Of a stretch of DNA of 52,797 nt, positions 46,898-52,797 are shown in pieces. The notes under the pieces are model-generated. The model had not been told where the DNA came from. It saw only the letters and a program-made list of their open reading frames with translations, and made no database searches. The translations under genes were made by a program, and so were the position numbers. The stretch is from Rotaria socialis (taxonomy: Eukaryota), in contig CAJNYD010000039.1 in the NCBI GenBank assembly GCA_905331295.1, positions 348,734 to 401,530 on the forward strand, read 5' to 3'. Numbering within the stretch: position 1 is the first letter of the stretch; the number at the start of each line of letters is the position of its first letter.

Positions 46898-49327
46898 TTA
46901 ACATTCATCTTGTCCAAACGAAAAAAAAGGACCTTCGAATAACTCTAGGAGAACATTGAGATAAAAGAACCATTTTTGATAATTTTATTAAGCAACTTTA
47001 GAGGTCCACAGTGTGTGTATTTTGTGTAAAAAAAAACAGAAACAAAGCATGAGTAGAACAAGAGAAATATGAATTTCAATCTTGTGCGAAAACTTTTCGA
47101 TCACCCGTTACAGCTGTGCATGCATTGAAAAATGGTGAATGACTAGTGAGCATGTAAATACACGAATGATGTCGCTTTCTCTTTCGTTCAAGATCTTATC
47201 AGAAGATAATAGTACACGATATTTTTTCCAAGATCTTGCCAAGATCTTAAGTACAGATTTATCTGATACAGCCAAGATATGTGCATACAACTTATCTTTC
47301 CAAGATCTCGATAAGATCTTGCTCACCGATCCCGATATTTAAAGATCTTGCTTACAAGATGTTCGACTAGGGTGGCGACTACTGACACCTAGCAGCACTC
47401 TCCAGTTCTGAAAAAGTCAATTTTGCGATATTGGTAGGAAATGAAAAGAATAAAGAATAATTGTACGGAACAAAACTATCTGAGTATTCGTCTTTATTAG
47501 GAGCCAATAAAGAGAAACGAGAATTAGAATGAAAAACAATGAAAGAATCCTACCTGAAAACAGAAAAATAAGAATCTTGAAAAAACATTAAGAAGAAAAA
47601 AATCAAGAAAGAATGAAAAAAGAATTTAGAAACGAACTAAAAGTTCAGAATAGAAGAATCGTTTCTGATAAGGTTATTCTTACTTCATCAGTCAAATTTA
47701 GATGTGCATGGTTCTTGTTAGAAGTACACTATTTTTTTCCAGTCAACACTCTACTCTGATTATGTTGAACGTGGAAAAAAATCTTGTCAGAATCAAACGG
47801 AGATCATTAACTTTTGTAAGAATTACTATCAAATTGTCAGTTTTCGAATAGCGCTCATTCAAACTCGAATGTTTCTATCTGATGTCAGTATTAAACTCAT
47901 CGTCTTTTTCTAATTGGTGACGTGATTCTCGAATTCTATTTATATCCGAACTCGAATTATGTAACTGATGTTGAAATATGGTTCGTTTGAATTTCTAATA
48001 ATCGTATAGATGAATATTGAATTCAAGAGTATGATGACGAAAGTTATGCTCCCATACCTGGAAAACTTAACGGCGAATAATGAAGTGGTTTAACGGATAA
48101 ACGACTACTGGTATTGAAGTGACACGTATGAAACTCATACAACGAAGACATCCACGTTAAATAAACCTTCACATACGAACACGCTCGCATGTTATGCCTG
48201 AGCTCTCTCACTTCATTACGACATCACTTTTTCGTTCTTTCATCGTTACCATAACGTTATGTCTTTTCATAATGATTTTAGAAGTCGCCATTCTCCTTAT
48301 GCTAATACACACATTTTCATCTGCTTACTACTTGTCGAAACACAAACATCGATCAATATAAAACGATGCTTGTTCGCCATAGCAACTCAACTTATATTGT
48401 TGATTCCGAATCCAAACTCTCGACTGCTATAGCACAGATGAAGTGTTATTATATTTGTTTTTTTCTTCTTCTGTTCTATTAGAAATATTCTTTCTGTTTC
48501 TTTGCTGGAACAAATTTTGTTCGTTCTCTTTTGTGTTCTAGGGTGTGGGTGTTACATTTTTAAAAATGACACCCACATCCACACCCACGTCAGTTAATTA
48601 ATTATAAATCTATGAAAGTATATATATATATATATACGATCTGAAACGGAAACTGAATTGAAATAGTAGCAAAATAATGCTTGTGTAACAGCTGAAATAC
48701 TTTTTTAAAAATAACCTTTAGATGTTTGTCTTAGTAAAAAACGTATTTAAAAGGGTTTATTAAAGGGTTTATGGCAATTTCACATACGGAAAAAAGGGTT
48801 TATTATACGTTGCACTTTCATCAACCCTATTTGGGCTTATTATTCTACGAATTTATTTACAGTGCACACCTACACCCACACCACACCCAGTACTGGAGAT
48901 CATAAGCACCACACTTTGCCATACATTCGTCTTTCCATAAAATTTCGACAGTATGCTGTTTAGAAATTGTCGAGCACAGCATATTTTACTGGATGTTTTA
49001 TGATCATTTTGCAGGCTTTGAAAAGCTCTATCTGCAGGTTATTAGCGGATCCGTATAATGTGTTGCTGGCTGCTACAACAGTCGCGGCAATGTATGTTCT
49101 ATTGTAGAGATCTACTGTTTGTAGACGGAGACTAAAATCTTTAGAAAATGTCCTGTAAAAGCTCAGAATCCTGTACTCACACACAGTACAGCGTGAAATC
49201 GTAGTGAGAACTGATTTTCATTTAGGGCCGTTTTGTGTACAAAGTGTCCCCCTCCTTTGTGCTTCTTGATTATTTCGTGGTGTGTATGAATTTTTTTAAA
49301 AAAAAGAAAACGAAAGTATGTGACTCT

Positions 49328-52128
49328 TCACATTACACAGCAGTCTTGAAATTCAGCTAACTCTCGTACATGCAGATTTTTTATATTTTTTTCAATCGAC
49401 GCTGCTATTGAAGTGTTCTTGTCTTTTCGAGTTAATTGTAATGCCTTGTCGTAAAATGCTAACGCTTGTTTGTAATCACGTAGTTTGTAATAAACAAAGC
49501 CAAGAGTATTGAGAGAGATTGCTTGATTATGAAAATCATTCTTCGGACAAATTTCCAAAGCAGTTTTTAAATTTTGAATTGCCTTTTCCCATTGGCCTGT
49601 CTCCACATAGCTTGTGGCAAGTGATGAATGTGTTAGTGCTAGAGTTTTGTGGGTTGGTGGCATTGAACTCTTGTAAATAGAAATAGTTTGTTCGTACATG
49701 TGTAATGCTTCTGAATGATCCTTGCGGGCACTAAAATAGGAACCCATCGAACAGTACGACATAGCTATATAGGGATGACGAGCAGGTAAACAACGCTTCC
49801 TGATAGCTAGAGCTTCTTGAAGATAGAAGAGCGCTATGTTGAAATCATTTGTTTTCAAATAGCAAAGACCCAGATAATCATATGATATTGCTGTATCGAC
49901 ATGATTATTGCCCAGGTGTTGTTCTCGAATGACTAAAGCTTTCTGATGAAATTCGAGAGACTTTTCCAGATCTTTCATTTGCATTAACAACCATCCAAGA
50001 TCACTATATGTCATTGCAATATTGACATCATCACGGGGTACTTGCTTTTCTTGCAACAAAAGTGCAATATTATAATGTTCAAGTGCAATGGAAAAACGGT
50101 TTGATTCACGATATGCATACGCTAGGTCGTTGTGAATTATCGGTAAATCCTTATGATCCGATGGTAATTGATTAAGCAGTTGGCAATGATAGACAACTGA
50201 ACTGTCAAAATGTGACATGCAGGCAAGTAATTTTCCATAAGTGGAGAAAGTCATTGTGCCATGAGAACATATATTGTCTTTGACATAGTCGACCAACATT
50301 TTGATCTAAATATCGAAAATGAAGTGAAGTAAATGGGATTTTACATACATTTAGAATTTACTGAATGAGACTTAGAGTTGTATTTCTGCGATAGCCTCTC
50401 TTTCGAAAAAAGAATCCTCGAGAAAAAACACATTGAGCTCGACACACAGTTTGTATATGCTTACTTGTGGATCATCATCAATTGTACACATAACCAGTTT
50501 GATGCGCCATACATTCGATGAATCGAATATTTCTTCTGTGATTGAATCGATCCGAAACATTGTACCCATACTCAATAATATTTCTTCTTCATCAGGAATG
50601 CAGCTATGTTCTTTGATATTTGCAAAAGGCGTACCTGCTGCTTGCGCAATGCGGGTATCTATCACCATATCGAATAGAACAATGGCAAAGCCTGGTTCTG
50701 ACACTACATCTCGCATAAAACAAAATTCATCTCTTGATGTTGACACAAAACTATTCATAGAAATAATTCCTCCCATATTGACACGTAGTTTTTCCATTTC
50801 AGATATAGCCACGAGTTGACCACGATACACACGAAATGAGAGTGAACTGTCGGCTATAGGTGTAAACAAATCATTTAGTTGTTGATGGACATCGGTAATA
50901 AACGAGCGAAACTTGAAAATAATATAAAAATCTTGCGTTCTTAATGCTTGATTGAGTAATTTATAGAAACATACATTTCGTGTGAACCAACGAATTGCTT
51001 CACTCGCTGTGTATTTATTTGAAAATTCTTCAATTAATTTGATCTGTTGTTTATCTTTCTTGTATTCTCGACGGCATAGAGAAATCAATTCATTTTGTGC
51101 TTCTTTCTCCAATTTTGGCATATTAATGAGAACATTGGTTAATATTTGAAGCCAAATAAAAGTAGTTTTTTCTTCAATTAAATCTCGTGCTGAGTTATTT
51201 TCAATATTTTTAGTAAATATACTGAACATCAGCATTTTGTCTCTCTTGATAATGTCAGTTTCATTTTCCATGGTGTTGAATGGTGATGTCTAAATAAAAG
51301 CAATGCTATTATCAAACATAATATATCTTTTAATGTGTTTGATTGATTGTGGCATATGTTTAGAAGTGCTGCATATTTCTTTTGATCACAGGCAATGATA
51401 AGTATTATAGTTCTGATTTATGGTAAAAGCTGTTTGGGAGTTTTTCATTTTATAATTTTGATCAAAAATTGCGCTGAAGTGCTTCTTTTTGATGGAATGA
51501 AATGAAATGAAACGAAAATATTGACTTTTTATTCCAACTGATTGATACTTGTAACAAATCGAATTCTGATTTAATAAGTAATTTCTCGTAAAATATCTTT
51601 TTGATGTGAAAAATGCTTCATCTCTCAAATCTATAAAAGATGCCATCCGATTTTATCAGATTCTGTTTGAATCTGACCAACCTTTACATTTATATATTTG
51701 ACTATTAACATTTGAAAATAATACGAAGTGAAATATATGCAAATGATCACTATTTCTACCTCAGTTGTTGTTTCGTTCAGTTCAGTAGTAAGTCGCACAA
51801 TTAGATCATTTTCTTGATCGAATATCTCATCGACTCCAATTTTACCACGTTGAGTTGTCCACGTGATATGTTCACTTGCGTCACAACAATAGATATAAAT
51901 GACTCGCAATTGCGGTAAAATATCAATTAACTCGGCTGTTTGGCTGTCGAACGAGCCAGAAATAATCAGTACCACATTATTATGTGCGGAAGATATTGAG
52001 CAAATGCTATCCACACAATCGACGATGCTTGAATAGGTACTCAAATCTGGTACTATTTTACGAAGACGTTTGGGTACTGTTGAATCTTTGTTCTTATCGA
52101 GCCAAACAACTCTTATAGGCATTGGCAT
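49328..52128 (-). CDS. ADP-ribosyltransferase-TPR protein with an N-terminal alpha/beta domain and C-terminal CaaX (~720 aa)
   Basis: Proposed exons 52128-51760, 51289-50465 and 50305-49328 (phase 0). ART motifs LLNQALR, RVYRGQ, SFVSTS and DEEEIL; kinesin-light-chain-type TPRs (AMTYSDLG, AISYDYLG, AMSYCSMG, AISLNTLG); ends DCCVM*. Confidence 0.88.
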
Positions 52129-52751
52129 GGATGCCGTTGTTTAACAAAAATATACGTTAGATGAAAAATTCAATAGATATTGATTGCTTTTTTTTGTTTT
52201 GTTTGTGTTGTACCATGAAAGCAAAATTTCACATGGGCGTATGCGAGCCGGAGAAAAAAATATTTTGATTTCTTCATATAATTAAAAAATAAAAAAAATA
52301 CATATGCAATCTTTTCGAAAATAATTCATTAAAATCAGTGCTGGAGTGCATTACAATTTATGTTTCTTAAGGTAAATCTACGTCATTGATACAGTCATCA
52401 TCCGAAAATTGAAATCTTCATTCTGTTTTTATTCAATCTAATCTGCAAAAATGAGAGCTAATACTACCAATGAATTCAATATGTATGTTGTTTATTTTGA
52501 ACAATAACATTTGCATCTAGTTGAATATAATCATTCATGTATTATCTTTATGTGTATGAAGAAACAAAGAGAAATTAACAAAACAGTTCAGTAACATCAT
52601 CGGCTGGAAAACATGAAAACAACATGCCCTTTCAGAGCTGAGCAAGTACGGATTTTCTCGAGTAGGAGTACGAGTACGAGTACCAATACTAATTATTGTA
52701 TCAGTAAGACTAAAAGTTTCCAAACTAGTTTGTAAAAAATGTACACTTAAT

Positions 52752-52797
52752 CAGGGGTGTCGCGAACAACTGAATACTGGGTGATGAAGGGGGGGGG
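52752..52797. mobile_element. Possible left end of a hAT-like element running off the window
   Basis: CAGGGGTGTCGCGAA followed by a G-run, like the MITE at 17023. Confidence 0.3.

Larger units (their letters stand above)
45493..47108. mobile_element. Tc1/mariner-like MITE with ~190-bp near-perfect TIRs
   Basis: ACGGGTGATCGAAAAGTTTTCGCACAAG... is inverted at ~46915-47108; TA on both sides. Confidence 0.88.
45085..47372. mobile_element. Non-autonomous EnSpm/CMC-like element, outermost of a nested set
   Basis: TIRs CCCTAG....AC.TCTTGTAAGCAAGATCTT at both ends, 2-bp TG TSD, CAAGATCTT subterminal repeats. Confidence 0.85.

Overview
AT-rich eukaryotic (animal) genomic DNA with short GT-AG introns and three N gaps. 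The gene families present (ART-TPR, LDLa/EGF receptor-like, NACHT-HEAT, intronless bacterial-type enzyme) suggest a bdelloid rotifer; this is inference. The first ~30 kb is dominated by DNA transposons: a two-ORF P-element-like element, a MULE inserted in an LDLa/EGF pseudogene, a two-gene EnSpm/CMC element and many MITEs. It also holds an ADP-ribosyltransferase pseudogene and a small spliced His-rich secreted-peptide gene that the ORF track misses. The second half has an intact bacterial-type glutaminase A (probable HGT) and two co-oriented minus-strand genes that look immune-related. One is a ~2455-aa spliced NLR-like protein (MLKL/HeLo-like helical N-terminus, NACHT, long HEAT array, C-terminal CaaX CVVL). 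The other is a ~720-aa ADP-ribosyltransferase-TPR protein that also ends in a CaaX motif (CCVM). That lipid-anchored NLR/ART pair is the most interesting candidate system. All domain calls are by motif recognition only; no searches were run.
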